DNA of 64,000 bases from Planctomycetota bacterium (GTDB lineage Bacteria > Planctomycetota > SZUA-567 > H5-PLA8). The position numbers and the translations under genes were made by a program. Positions 20,121 to 30,468 of this stretch are shown here, one piece after another; positions within the stretch are counted from its first letter, which is position 1; each line of letters opens with the position of its first letter. The notes under the pieces were generated by a model that was not told where the DNA came from, made no database searches, and worked only from the letters and a program-made list of their open reading frames with translations. The stretch covers positions 1 to 64,000 of the forward strand of contig JBBRPR010000047.1 of assembly GCA_038227875.1 (NCBI GenBank), in the 5' to 3' direction.

Positions 20121-22375
20121 TGGACCTGTATCGCGTACTGCGAATTTCGATCTATCTCCTGGTGGCCTCGGGAGCGTTCGCGATTTGCGTGGCCGAAGGC
20201 AGCCCCGCGTTTCTGATCGGCGTGTTCGCTTTCGGCGGGCTGGCCTACCTGACCGTCGACAGCCGGCGGATGAAACCGGTGCGCGTGGAATTCGCGTCGG
20301 CGATGGCGCTGGCGCTGCTGATCTACACGCTGCTGCCGCTGCGGGAAGACACGGCCTGGGATCGTTTTCCTGCAGCGTTCGCGCATTTTCTCTGCGCGCT
20401 GGAGGTGCTGCTGTTCTTCACGGCATTCCGCGGGCCGATGCTGTTTTTGTTCTGCGGCGCGACGCTGGCGGTGGTGGTGATCTCGGGAATCATGCAGCCG
20501 AGCATCACGCTGCTGGGCCGCTTGATCTGCTTCACCACGGTGACTTCCTGGACGCTGTTCATCCATTCGCTCTGGCGTGCGCGCGAGAGTTTCCAAAGGC
20601 GCACGACCACGGAATCGACGGAGACGCGCAGTTCCGAGAAGGTACTCTCCGAACGCGCATTCTGGCAGGAACTGGCGCTGACGGGGGCGATGTCGGCGGC
20701 GTGCCTGATCATCGGAATCATGCTCTACTTCACTGCGCCACGGTTGGAGCAATTGGGATCGTTCTTCCATCCATCTGGGCCGACGCCGATTCCCAAAGGG
20801 CCCGGTCCCAATGGTGACGGAATAGCCGGCCAGGGAGGTCCAGAGCCAACCGTGCCCGTCCACACCGGCGAAGGGCAGGAGATTTCGCTGAAGCTGACCG
20901 AGGATATCATCCAGAGCAATGGCACGGCGTTCAGTGTGAAATTTTCAGGAAGGATGGCCGATCTGGCCGATGGGAATGGGCGGCTGCTGTTCAAGACCGG
21001 GGCGTTTGGTGAATTCCGCGACGGCTACTGGATTGAAATTCCGACATCGCTGGTCAAGGACACGGAGAAGATTCTCGATCCCAGCCTCAGCGGCGCCATC
21101 TACAGGGGCGCGGAGATCAAGGAATCGATCCACAACGAATCGGCGGGTATTCATGTGCTGGGCGTGGCCGGCGCGATCTCGCGCGTGGCCAATGTGACGG
21201 CGCAGCCGGGCCCGACGCCCACGCTCATCGACGCCGAAGGGTCGCTCTCGATTGCCAAGAACGAACAGTTGGCTCAAGCTGACGTGTGGGTGACCCTGCC
21301 GCCGCGCGAGAGTCAGCTCGACAAAAATTCCGCCGCGATCCACGACAACATCAGCCGCTATGTGCTGAATACCGGCTTGGGCGGCTCCGAGGCGGCACTT
21401 CGGAAGGAAGCGATCCGGATCACGGCCAAGTGCGAGCCGGAAAATTACCTCGCGAAGATTCACGCCATTATCGAGTACCTGCGCAGCCCGCGCTTCAGCT
21501 ACACGATGAAATTGAAAGGCTTGATCCCCAGCGATCAACCGCTGGAGCGATTCCTGCTCAATCCGAATCCCGATCAACGCCGCGGGCATTGCGCCTTGTT
21601 CGCAGGGGCGTTCGTGCAGTTGTGCCGCTTGAACAATATCCCCGCGCGCCTGGCAAAGGGTTACGCCAAAGAGCTGCCCAAAAAGGGCAACAATGAGATC
21701 TGGTTCAAGTTTTCGGAAGCACACAGTTGGGGCGAGGTTTATTTCAAAGGCGTCGGCTGGGTGGCTTTCGATCCCACACCGCACGATCCGAATGCCGTTC
21801 CTCCGCCGGATGAGCCACCGCACGAGCCAATCGTCGGCGGGGCTGGTCCGACTCCGACCAACGGAAGCACCGGCTTCATCGACAGCAACTGGAAGTGGTT
21901 CATGGATTTCAACAGCGGTGACCAGCGCAAGGCGATTGAGTGGGTCAGCAGTGAATTCTCCGGCTCCGGTACCGCGCTGGGCAGCTCGATGGGCTGGCTG
22001 GAATCGCTGATCGCGTGGTCGATCGTACTGCTGATTCTCGGGGCGATTGTGTACCTCTTTTTGAAGCGCGGTGGCCGGCGCTTACCGATGATTTTCACCG
22101 GCCCGCGCAAAGCGCGCGCGGCAGTCGCGTTTTACAATGATCTCTTGCAAGTGCTCTCGCGGCGCGGATACGTGCGGCGACCCGGGCAGACGCCACGGGA
22201 GTTCGCGGAATTCGTGGTCAAGCGTGGCGGCGCCAGTTTCCAGCCCGTGATGGTCGTGACCGAAATTTTCGAAAGCGTCCGCTACGGCAACGTCGACGTC
22301 AGCCAGGAAGAATTCAACGCGCTGCAGAAATCGCTGGATAACTTGCGGGATTTGACGTTCGGGGCCAAGAGCTGA
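20120..22375 (+). CDS. Membrane transglutaminase-like protein (TgpA type, DUF3488/DUF4129)
   Basis: TM N-terminus; GHCALFA, HSWGEVY, FDPT triad; C-terminal RRPGQTPREFA..FESVRYG. Confidence 0.92.
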   Translation: MDLYRVLRISIYLLVASGAFAICVAEGSPAFLIGVFAFGGLAYLTVDSRRMKPVRVEFASAMALALLIYTLLPLREDTAWDRFPAAFAHFLCALEVLLFFTAFRGPMLFLFCGATLAVVVISGIMQPSITLLGRLICFTTVTSWTLFIHSLWRARESFQRRTTTESTETRSSEKVLSERAFWQELALTGAMSAACLIIGIMLYFTAPRLEQLGSFFHPSGPTPIPKGPGPNGDGIAGQGGPEPTVPVHTGEGQEISLKLTEDIIQSNGTAFSVKFSGRMADLADGNGRLLFKTGAFGEFRDGYWIEIPTSLVKDTEKILDPSLSGAIYRGAEIKESIHNESAGIHVLGVAGAISRVANVTAQPGPTPTLIDAEGSLSIAKNEQLAQADVWVTLPPRESQLDKNSAAIHDNISRYVLNTGLGGSEAALRKEAIRITAKCEPENYLAKIHAIIEYLRSPRFSYTMKLKGLIPSDQPLERFLLNPNPDQRRGHCALFAGAFVQLCRLNNIPARLAKGYAKELPKKGNNEIWFKFSEAHSWGEVYFKGVGWVAFDPTPHDPNAVPPPDEPPHEPIVGGAGPTPTNGSTGFIDSNWKWFMDFNSGDQRKAIEWVSSEFSGSGTALGSSMGWLESLIAWSIVLLILGAIVYLFLKRGGRRLPMIFTGPRKARAAVAFYNDLLQVLSRRGYVRRPGQTPREFAEFVVKRGGASFQPVMVVTEIFESVRYGNVDVSQEEFNALQKSLDNLRDLTFGAKS

Positions 22376-22390
22376 ACGGCTCTTAGTCTC

Positions 22391-22414
22391 ACGCAAAGCC
22401 GCAAAGACGCAAAG
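22391..22414 (+). repeat. Three copies of an octamer (A/C)CGCAAAG
   Basis: acgcaaag ccgcaaag acgcaaag just after the stop codon at 22375. Confidence 0.7.
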
Positions 22415-22445
22415 AACGGCAACGGATTTTTGTATGAGATGTGGC

Positions 22446-23228
22446 ATGCGTATCTCTTCGGTCGTGGCGCTCTCTTTGGTGGTCTGGAGTGGCGCTGGCG
22501 CGACTGAAGTGCGCGTGCTTGGGAAAGGTGCGCTGGACGGTGTTGCGGTTGAGCTGACGCAGGTGGCGGAGAAGTTGCAAGTCTCGCTCGCGTCATCGCC
22601 GGTTCAGGTCTTCAAGTTGGAGTCGACCGGTTGGACGAACGAGCAGCAAGAGGGGCTGCGTAAGGATCAGCCGCTGGTATGCAGCGTCTTCGAACTTCCC
22701 GGCGGCGCGTCGGGATGCTGGATTACGTTTGGCTTGGATGACGGCGTTGGCGGATTGCGTGCGGTGGCGGTGCTGCTGTCGCGGAGTTCGTCGAGGGCGA
22801 CGTGGGCGGTGGCGCGGGAGTGGGTTGCCGACAGCGTGGCGCTGGGCGACATGGGCTTCAAACGCGAGAAGCAATCATTCGCCACCGATGGCGGGATACT
22901 GACGCGGACGCTGCGGAGCCTCAGCGTCGAAGGCGTCGCGCACAAACTTGATTGCGGCTGCACGGCCTGCTCATCGCGGTCCAGCGATACCGAAGAGACG
23001 GACGTATACGCCTGGAACGCGGCAGCGGGAAAATTCGAGCCGGCAAAGCACGAGAAATATTACATTGCGCAGAGCGGCGAGAATCTCATGGCCGCCGTCC
23101 GCAAAGCACTCGGCGACGCACGCCGCGTCAGCCACGTCGCGAAGCTCAACCCGACGATCGCTGACGGCACGGTGTTTAAGGGCGGGGAGCGGGTGCTTGT
23201 GGCGCGGGACGCCACTCCCAAACCCTGA
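22446..23228 (+). CDS. Secreted protein with C-terminal LysM-like domain
   Basis: Signal peptide MRISSVVALSLVVWSGAGA; YIAQSGENL..A..ALGD......AKLNP..GERVLV; CGCTAC motif. Confidence 0.65.
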   Translation: MRISSVVALSLVVWSGAGATEVRVLGKGALDGVAVELTQVAEKLQVSLASSPVQVFKLESTGWTNEQQEGLRKDQPLVCSVFELPGGASGCWITFGLDDGVGGLRAVAVLLSRSSSRATWAVAREWVADSVALGDMGFKREKQSFATDGGILTRTLRSLSVEGVAHKLDCGCTACSSRSSDTEETDVYAWNAAAGKFEPAKHEKYYIAQSGENLMAAVRKALGDARRVSHVAKLNPTIADGTVFKGGERVLVARDATPKP

Positions 23229-23360
23229 ACGGAGTCATCGGTCATCGGGCATTGGTCATCGGTCATTTTCATTTACGAGGAGTGTGGTGATAAGCCGAAC
23301 GCCTGTCTACTGCCCCCATAAATGACCAATGAAAAATGCCCAATGCCCAATGACTCTGTT
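23228..23360. repeat. Inverted pair of GGTCATC/GGGCATT heptamer arms between convergent genes
   Basis: 23228-23275 pairs with 23319-23360 (with G-U pairs). Confidence 0.85.
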
Positions 23361-25454
23361 TTAGTTATCCGGCGGCGGCGGCGGTGGCGCCGCGTCTTCG
23401 GGCGGAGGGGGCGGGGGAGCGGTGGTGTCGGGCAGGGTTCCAATGTGCGGCGGCGCGGCGGGGTCGTGTTTGACGCTGGGGACGTTGACGCTGCCGGGTT
23501 TCCAGTCGACTTTCAGAATGCCTTTGCCGCCACTTGTCGGCGTGATTTCCACGAACAGGTTGCCGAGCAGTCCGCAGAGTTTTCGGGCGATGGCGGAATG
23601 CAATTCGGCGTCGGGGTATTTGGCGAGAAAGGCCTGGCTGCCGAGGTCCTTCTCGAGATCGGAATCGTGGTTGGAATTGTACGTCTCGATGCTGGGCGCG
23701 ATGCGCCGGCCGTCGAGTTTCAGAAAGTACGCAGTCGGTGGCGGCGGGAAGGATGCTGCCGGCGGTGGCGGGAGAATCTGCGGTCCGTTACGCATCAGGG
23801 CGAAGCTGCCGGCGTCTGAAGTCGCGGAGAAACTTTTCGGCGCGACACACCAGGTCGGTGCGAAGATTTCGCCCGTCGCCAGCACGTAGCAATCGTGATC
23901 TGATGCAGCGAAGCGGCGAATGTAGGGCGTGTGGACACCCCTATAGGGTGCACCGTCGAACATATCCCAGAAGGAATGCGTGAGTTCCCCGGCGGCGTGC
24001 CGCGCGGTTTCGTTGGCGCCATCGAATTTTGCCGCCAGCCGCAACAAGCCGTAGCCGGTGGGACTCAAGTCCGGCGGCGGGTCGTCCATGCGGAAATGCA
24101 CGGCTTTTCCCAGCGCCGGCCAGAAATCCGTGTCGAGATCGATGTCGTGATCCTGCAGATAGCCAATCTGTTCGATCGCTTTGCGCTGCGCCTTCGAGAG
24201 TCCGCGGGGCTTTTTGACCAGAGTAGGATCCGGTGGCTGCGCGGCGGGATCGACCTCCTTCTCCTGTGGGCGGAGCTGGCTGGCAGTGAACGCCAGGTAA
24301 CAGGCCTGTGCGTTGACCGGCAACACGCCCTCAAGATAGGGCTTGGTGTTCGGATCGGTGTCGATGCTGATGCGCTGCTCGGTCGACGGATCCGGAATGC
24401 CGGTCGGCAGCGCCGGGACGCCACCGTTGATCTCGCCGCGCGCGGCGAGTCCGCCGGGCGTTTCAAAAATATCGATGCGGATGTCGTGTGGCGTTTCGGA
24501 GAGGCCGAGCATGTCGGAGACTTTCGGTGGGCGCAGCAGCGATTGCAGAACCGATTCCGTCAGTGCCTGCAGATAGGGCGCCAGCGGTGTCTCCGTGTAG
24601 TCGGCATCGTCGCCGAGCTTGCCTTCGAGAATCGGGGGAAAAACCGTGATGCGTGCGAGCGGTTTGCCCAGCATGGAATCGGCGGCGAGTTCCTTTTCAA
24701 GCGGCGTCGTCCGTCCGGAACCCGGTGCCGCGCCGTTGAAGCCGATGGCGATGACGTCGCCACCCAGATCGTAGAGATGCGTCTGTGAATTTTTCGAAAA
24801 GTGGCTGAGCATGCGCACCAGCATTCCCGGCCCCCCGCTGACGCGCGTGATCAGCAGCGTCTGCGGCGCGGGTTTGCGGTGCGCCTCCACCTGCTCGGGA
24901 TTGAGTTCCGGAACGAGCTTTGCAAAAATGATTTCCTTCCCGGCGAGAGGAAAGAGGCTTGAGATCTCCGGCGGGAATTTGCGTTTCAGAAATGCGCGCA
25001 GCAGCTTCGGCGTGCGTGCCAGCGAGGCTGTGTACTGCCGACTCAGCTGCGCGGAAATCGTCGATGATTTGTCAGGGGATGAGTTGTCCGGAGAGGAGGT
25101 TGGGGTTGGATTGGAATGGCCGGACTGCTGTTCACGGATCTTCGCGAACATTTGGCTGAAATCCGGATCCTTGATTAGTTCCAGCAGCGTGGGGCTTGTC
25201 GATAGGTCGGTGAGCAGCGTGGCACCGCTGCGGATATGAACCACCACGCCGGCGCGCGCCGGGACGAATTGCGTGAGCTCCGGACCCGGCGAAGGCGTGA
25301 ACGAGACAACCCAGACGGCCAGCGCGCCGGCCAGGAATGCATAGGAGAGTTTTAGAATCAGGATCAGCGCCGAAACCCACGGACGCCTGCGCGGCAGGAC
25401 CGGGTTGGGGCTGGCGGCTGGAGGCAGAATTGGAACCGGAACCGCCGTGCTCAC
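23361..25454 (-). CDS. Hypothetical membrane-anchored protein
   Basis: 697 aa; one N-terminal TM; Pro-rich tail; overlaps the pcm stop. Confidence 0.75.
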   Translation of the reverse strand: MSTAVPVPILPPAASPNPVLPRRRPWVSALILILKLSYAFLAGALAVWVVSFTPSPGPELTQFVPARAGVVVHIRSGATLLTDLSTSPTLLELIKDPDFSQMFAKIREQQSGHSNPTPTSSPDNSSPDKSSTISAQLSRQYTASLARTPKLLRAFLKRKFPPEISSLFPLAGKEIIFAKLVPELNPEQVEAHRKPAPQTLLITRVSGGPGMLVRMLSHFSKNSQTHLYDLGGDVIAIGFNGAAPGSGRTTPLEKELAADSMLGKPLARITVFPPILEGKLGDDADYTETPLAPYLQALTESVLQSLLRPPKVSDMLGLSETPHDIRIDIFETPGGLAARGEINGGVPALPTGIPDPSTEQRISIDTDPNTKPYLEGVLPVNAQACYLAFTASQLRPQEKEVDPAAQPPDPTLVKKPRGLSKAQRKAIEQIGYLQDHDIDLDTDFWPALGKAVHFRMDDPPPDLSPTGYGLLRLAAKFDGANETARHAAGELTHSFWDMFDGAPYRGVHTPYIRRFAASDHDCYVLATGEIFAPTWCVAPKSFSATSDAGSFALMRNGPQILPPPPAASFPPPPTAYFLKLDGRRIAPSIETYNSNHDSDLEKDLGSQAFLAKYPDAELHSAIARKLCGLLGNLFVEITPTSGGKGILKVDWKPGSVNVPSVKHDPAAPPHIGTLPDTTAPPPPPPEDAAPPPPPPDN

Positions 25455-26101
25455 TCGGTACTAGCCTCGGTCGTGTAGCCCTGCCGCCCGATCAATTTGA
25501 CGAAGATGCATTCGTCGCCCTGTCGCACGTTCAGCACGCCCTTGGTTTTCGTGCCGACGGCCATGTGCTGGCCCGTGGGCGGGCCGACAGGAGCGACGAG
25601 AATTCCGCCTTCCGCAAGTTGGTCGGACAGCGCGGGTGGAATCTGCGGGCTGGCAGCAGTGACGATGATGCGATCGTAAGGCGCATGCTGCGGCCAGCCG
25701 AGCGAGCCGTCGCCAAGAAGGAAACGAATATTCTTAAAGCCCATGTCCAGCAGCCGGTCTTCGGCGGTGGTGGCCAGAAATTCGACACGCTCGACGGTAT
25801 ACACTTCCTTCGCGAGCGTGGCCAGAATGCCCGTTTGAAAACCGGAGCCGGTGCCGATTTCGAGCACGCGTTCGGTGCCGGTCAGTTTCAGCGACTGGGT
25901 CATCAGGCCGACGATGTACGGCTGTGAAAGAGTCTGTCCGTGAGTCAGGACCAGCGCGCGGTCATCGTAGGCCCGGGCGCGTTCCATTTGAGGCACGAAG
26001 AATTTGCGGTCGACCTTGCGAAAAGCGTCGAGGACACGGGGATCGGAGATGCCGCGTTCCTGCAAATCGTAGGTAATCATGTCGTCGAGTGTTTCAGTCA
26101 T
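25451..26101 (-). CDS. pcm: Protein-L-isoaspartate O-methyltransferase
   Basis: GQTLSQPYIV; VLEIGTGSGFQ; GDGSLGWP; APYDRIIVTAA; QLAEGGILVAPVG. Confidence 0.96.
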   Translation of the reverse strand: MTETLDDMITYDLQERGISDPRVLDAFRKVDRKFFVPQMERARAYDDRALVLTHGQTLSQPYIVGLMTQSLKLTGTERVLEIGTGSGFQTGILATLAKEVYTVERVEFLATTAEDRLLDMGFKNIRFLLGDGSLGWPQHAPYDRIIVTAASPQIPPALSDQLAEGGILVAPVGPPTGQHMAVGTKTKGVLNVRQGDECIFVKLIGRQGYTTEASTE

Positions 26102-26281
26102 GGAAGCGATAAACCTTGCCTGTGCATATTATTGAACTATAAGACGTGGATCGTCCCTCGGCTAATCCGTTTGCAATTGGATTACCAATTCTTAATTTCG
26201 GCGCCTGAAGGATGGACGCGTGATATTCAAGCGAACTGAAGCGAATTTGGTGCAAAAAAGTCTGCAAACGCAAAATGCCGC

Positions 26282-26309
26282 TTGACCTAGGCGCAATGTC
26301 GATTAATTT
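26282..26309 (+). promoter_or_regulatory. Candidate sigma70 promoter for rpsL
   Basis: TTGACC-N16-TAATTT about 150 nt upstream of rpsL. Confidence 0.4.
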
Positions 26310-26455
26310 CTTCACCTTCTAAGCGGCGTCCCCAGAGCCAGACAGTGGCTTATACGAGAGGCGCGTCGCGGATCCCGGCACACGCTGTCCGCGTGTGCTG
26401 TTTTTATGGCACAGGCGGTGAGCTTGCGCTTTGAGTTGTAACAGACGGAGTAACG

Positions 26456-26827
26456 ATGCCGACGATTAATCAACTGTGCCGCCGCGAGCGCGTGCAGCAG
26501 AAGAGCAAGTCCAAGAGCCCGGTGTTGGAATCCAACCCGTTCAAGAAGGGCGTCTGCCTGGCGGTCAAGACCATGACCCCCAAGAAGCCCAATTCCGCGC
26601 TGCGCAAGATCGCCCGCGTGCGGTTGAGCAACGGCAAGGAAGTCACCGTCTACATCCCCGGTGAAGGCCACAATCTTCAGGAACATTCGATCGTCATGGT
26701 CCGCGGCGGCCGCGTGAAGGACTTGCCCGGCGTACGCTACCATATCGTGCGCGGCGTCTATGACTGTCAGGGCGTCACCGACCGCAAGCAGTCGCGCTCC
26801 AAGTACGGCGCGAAGCGGGCGAAGTAA
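26456..26827 (+). CDS. rpsL: 30S ribosomal protein S12
   Basis: [44 protein letters not shown]. Confidence 0.99.
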   Translation: MPTINQLCRRERVQQKSKSKSPVLESNPFKKGVCLAVKTMTPKKPNSALRKIARVRLSNGKEVTVYIPGEGHNLQEHSIVMVRGGRVKDLPGVRYHIVRGVYDCQGVTDRKQSRSKYGAKRAK

Positions 26828-26909
26828 CCGATTAACCAGACGCGCCGCGGGCTTGTCATAGCCCGCGGGCTTTCTTGGTGATGAGAGCAAAAACGGAGAA
26901 GAGACGAAG

Positions 26910-27443
26910 ATGGCGAAGAAAGTGAAGCCGACGCGCAAGACGCGGATGGAGAAGGAAAATCAGGTCCCCGCGCTGCCGACGGCCCCGAAGGTCACCGGTC
27001 GTGGCCTGAAGCCGGACGGCAAGTTCAACGACTTGCTGGTCAGCAAATTCATCAACTGCATGATGTGGGAAGGCAAGAAGGCCTGCAGCCAGGCTTGCTT
27101 CTACGGTGCGATGAAGATCGTCGGCGAAAAGACCAACGCCAACCCGCTGGAAGTTTTCACCACGGCGATGAACAACGTCAAGCCGGTGGTGGAAGTCAAA
27201 TCCAAGCGCGTCGGCGGTGCCACCTACCAGGTGCCGGTCGAAGTGAACCGCAAGCGCGCGCAGAGCCTCTCGATCCGCTGGATCCTGGAAGCCGCCCGCG
27301 CCAAGAAGGGCCGTCCGATGGCCGAACGTCTCGCCACGGAATTGCTCGACGCCTTCAAGAAGGAAGGCGCAGCGATGACCAAGCGCGAAAACACGCACAA
27401 GATGGCCGAAGCCAACAAGGCCTTCGCTCATTACGCCTGGTAG
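26910..27443 (+). CDS. rpsG: 30S ribosomal protein S7
   Basis: KFINCMMWEGKK; EVKSKRVGGATYQVP; HKMAEANKAFAHY. Confidence 0.98.
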   Translation: MAKKVKPTRKTRMEKENQVPALPTAPKVTGRGLKPDGKFNDLLVSKFINCMMWEGKKACSQACFYGAMKIVGEKTNANPLEVFTTAMNNVKPVVEVKSKRVGGATYQVPVEVNRKRAQSLSIRWILEAARAKKGRPMAERLATELLDAFKKEGAAMTKRENTHKMAEANKAFAHYAW

Positions 27444-27477
27444 TAGCTCCTTCAGTCTGGGAGTGGCTTAAATAACC

Positions 27478-27508
27478 GGGGCGCCTTTCTTTGGCGCTCT
27501 TTTGTTTT
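27478..27508 (+). terminator. Intrinsic terminator after rpsG
   Basis: GGGGCGCC-tttcttt-GGCGCTCT followed by TTTGTTTT. Confidence 0.7.
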
Positions 27509-27836
27509 GGATCCGAGCGTGAAAATCCAGCAAGTTAGCGCTGGAAAAATGCACCTGTTCTGCTAATTTAACGCCTTCAATGCGACCGGTTTCTCGCGCA
27601 TAAGCAGTTTCAGGATTCAAGGGTTAGAGGATTAAGGGGCAATGATTAACTAACGTCAACCTTTAACCTTCCTGCGACGTATCCACACGACACGTTCACA
27701 CTCAAATCAAATGAGAAGGAAGATAAAGGCCCCAGCTCTTGCGCTGGCGGCGACGTGTTGTTGATAGCGAATCTTGCCAGTGTCGATTTTGAGTTTCCCG
27801 GGTCAGTGAGCAACAGATTTTTAGGAGAATGAGTCT

Positions 27837-30026
27837 ATGTCGTCGGCAGAAGCACCTGTTGCGTCCCACAACGCGCGCATCCAGAACACGCGTAACATTG
27901 GCGTCACCGCACACATCGACGCCGGCAAGACGACGTTCTCCGAACGCATCCTGTTCTACTCGGGCAAAGAACACAAGATGGGCGAAGTGCATGAAGGCAC
28001 CGCCACGATGGACTACGATCCGGAAGAGCGCGCCCGCGGCATCACGATCACCGCGGCAGCCACGTCCTGTCACTGGACCTGCGCCCGCCTCAACCGCAAG
28101 TTCGACATCAATCTGATCGACACCCCCGGACACGTGGACTTCACCGCCGAAGTGGAACGCTCGCTGCGCGTGCTCGACGGCGCGATCGTGGTGTTCTCCG
28201 GCGTGGACGGCGTCGAAGCGCAGTCGGAAACGGTGTGGCGCCAGGCCGACCGTTACGGCGTACCGCGCATCTGCTTCATCAACAAAATGGACCGCGTCGG
28301 CGCGGATTTCTGGGAGTGCGTTTCGCAGGTCAAGACGCGCCTGGGCGCCAAGGGCTACCCGATCCAGATGCCCGTCGGCAAGGAAGACGATTTCCTCGGC
28401 GTCGTGGACCTGGTCCACATGCGCCAGTACACCTTCGACAAGGCGTCGCAGGGTAAGAAGTGGACCGACACGGAAATCGCGCCGGAACTGCTGGAAGAAG
28501 CCAACAAGCACCGCGAAGCGCTGTTCCATCTGGTCGCTGACGCGGACGAAGCCATCGGCGCAATCCTGCTCGAAGGCAAGGAGCCGACGAACGACGAAAT
28601 GCGCGAAGCGCTGCGTCGCATCACGCTGCTGGGCAATCACTTCCCGATCATGTGTGGCTCGGCCTATCATTACATCGGCGTACAGCCGGTGCTCGACGCC
28701 GTCGCCTTCTACCTGCCCTCGCCGCTGGAAAAGAAAACGCCGGTCGGCATCGTTCCGGGCAAGAAGAAGAAGGTGATGGTCAAGAACGAAGAGACCGGCG
28801 AAGAAGTCGAAAAGGACGAGGACGTCACGGAAATCCGCAAGCCGCTGGAAAGCGAGCCGTTCTCCGGCCTGGCCTTCAAGACCATCTACGACAAGCACGG
28901 CGATTTGACGTTCGTCCGCGTGTACTCCGGCACGATCAAGGGCGGCGACCGCGTCGACAACCCGCGCCGCAGCAAGCGCGAAAAGTGCGGCCAGCTTTAC
29001 CTGATGCATGCCGATCAGCGCGAGAAGATCGATGTAGCCGGCCCCGGCGACATCGTCGCCATCGGCGGCCTGAAGCACACCTACACCGGCGACACGCTCT
29101 GCTCCGAAGAACACCCGATCATCCTCGAAGCGATGAAGTTCCCGGACACGGTCATCAGCATGGCCATCGAGCCGAAGAGCAACGCCGATAAGGACAAGCT
29201 CGCCACGGCGCTCTCCAAGCTCTCGAAGGAAGACCCGACGTTCACGCACACCTTCGACAGCGACACGGGCCAGCTGATCATCGCCGGTATGGGCGAACTG
29301 CATCTGGAAATCATCAAGAACCGCATGGTCCGCGACCACGGCGTCGATGCCAACGTCGGCTCGCCGCGCGTCTCCTACCGCGAAACGATCACGCAGGAAT
29401 CGGACGCCGAAGGAAAGTTCATTCAGCAGTCCGGCGGTCACGGTCAGTACGGCGTGGTGAAGATCAAGATGGAACCGTTCCTCAGCGACGAGGAAGACAA
29501 GCTCACGTTCGTCTCCGAAATCGTCGGCGGCACGGTGCCGAAGGAATTCATCAAGCCGACAGAAGCCGGTATTCGCAGCACCTGTAAGAACGGCATCCTG
29601 GGCTCGGGCTTCCCGCTGATCAACATCAAGGTCACGCTTTACGACGGCAAGTACCACGAAGTCGATTCGTCGGAACTGGCCTTCCAGATGGCCGGCTCGA
29701 TCGCCTTCAAGGAAGCGGCCCGCAAGGCCGGTCCGGTCCTGCTGGAACCGATCATGTCGCTGGAAGTGGTGACGCCCGAAGAATTCATGGGCAACATCAT
29801 CGGCGACTTGAATAGCCGCCGCGCCGCGATTCACGACGTCTCCAACCGCGGACATTTGAAGGTGATCCACGCCCGCGTGCCGCTGGCCGAAATGTTCCGC
29901 TACGCCACGGACAGCCGCTCGCTGTCGCAGGGCCGCGCGACGTACACGATGGAACCCTACGGTTACGAAGCCGTGCCGCGCCAGAAGTACAAGGACATCC
30001 TGGGCGACGCGTACGCTGAAAAGTAA
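27837..30026 (+). CDS. fusA: Elongation factor G
   Basis: [51 protein letters not shown]. Confidence 0.98.
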   Translation: MSSAEAPVASHNARIQNTRNIGVTAHIDAGKTTFSERILFYSGKEHKMGEVHEGTATMDYDPEERARGITITAAATSCHWTCARLNRKFDINLIDTPGHVDFTAEVERSLRVLDGAIVVFSGVDGVEAQSETVWRQADRYGVPRICFINKMDRVGADFWECVSQVKTRLGAKGYPIQMPVGKEDDFLGVVDLVHMRQYTFDKASQGKKWTDTEIAPELLEEANKHREALFHLVADADEAIGAILLEGKEPTNDEMREALRRITLLGNHFPIMCGSAYHYIGVQPVLDAVAFYLPSPLEKKTPVGIVPGKKKKVMVKNEETGEEVEKDEDVTEIRKPLESEPFSGLAFKTIYDKHGDLTFVRVYSGTIKGGDRVDNPRRSKREKCGQLYLMHADQREKIDVAGPGDIVAIGGLKHTYTGDTLCSEEHPIILEAMKFPDTVISMAIEPKSNADKDKLATALSKLSKEDPTFTHTFDSDTGQLIIAGMGELHLEIIKNRMVRDHGVDANVGSPRVSYRETITQESDAEGKFIQQSGGHGQYGVVKIKMEPFLSDEEDKLTFVSEIVGGTVPKEFIKPTEAGIRSTCKNGILGSGFPLINIKVTLYDGKYHEVDSSELAFQMAGSIAFKEAARKAGPVLLEPIMSLEVVTPEEFMGNIIGDLNSRRAAIHDVSNRGHLKVIHARVPLAEMFRYATDSRSLSQGRATYTMEPYGYEAVPRQKYKDILGDAYAEK

Positions 30027-30153
30027 GAAATGGAATTGTGGGGCAGGCGCATCCCGCCTGCCAAAGCTGGAATTGTGATTGCGAAGGCAGGCTGGATCGG
30101 TAACACTTTCGCACTTCGAAGAGACAGTTGAGACAAAAAGGGCAGATACTGAC

Positions 30154-30462
30154 ATGGCAGAGAAGATTCGAATTCGGATGGAAGCGTACGACCACGAAGT
30201 GCTGGATCAGTCGGCGCTGACAATCGTTGAACGTGCCAAGGCGTCCGGCGCCAAGGTTCATGGCCCGATTCCGCTGCCGACGCGCATCGAGCGTTACACG
30301 GTGCTGCGCAGCCCGCACGTCGACAAGAAGTCACGCGAACAGTTCGAAATCCGCACGCACAAGCGGGTCATCGACATCCTCGATCCGACCCCGAAGACCG
30401 TCGGTTCGCTGGGCAAGCTGAACCTGCCGGTCGGCGTGGACATCAAGATCAAGGCGTACTAA
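30154..30462 (+). CDS. rpsJ: 30S ribosomal protein S10
   Basis: [44 protein letters not shown]. Confidence 0.99.
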   Translation: MAEKIRIRMEAYDHEVLDQSALTIVERAKASGAKVHGPIPLPTRIERYTVLRSPHVDKKSREQFEIRTHKRVIDILDPTPKTVGSLGKLNLPVGVDIKIKAY

Positions 30463-30468
30463 AAAACC

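Noticed and set aside
27702..30155. 817-aa antisense ORF (also 44754-47489, 49984-51579, 5680-7491, 62530-63894)
   Set aside because: Shadow ORFs opposite well-supported genes, expected at high GC
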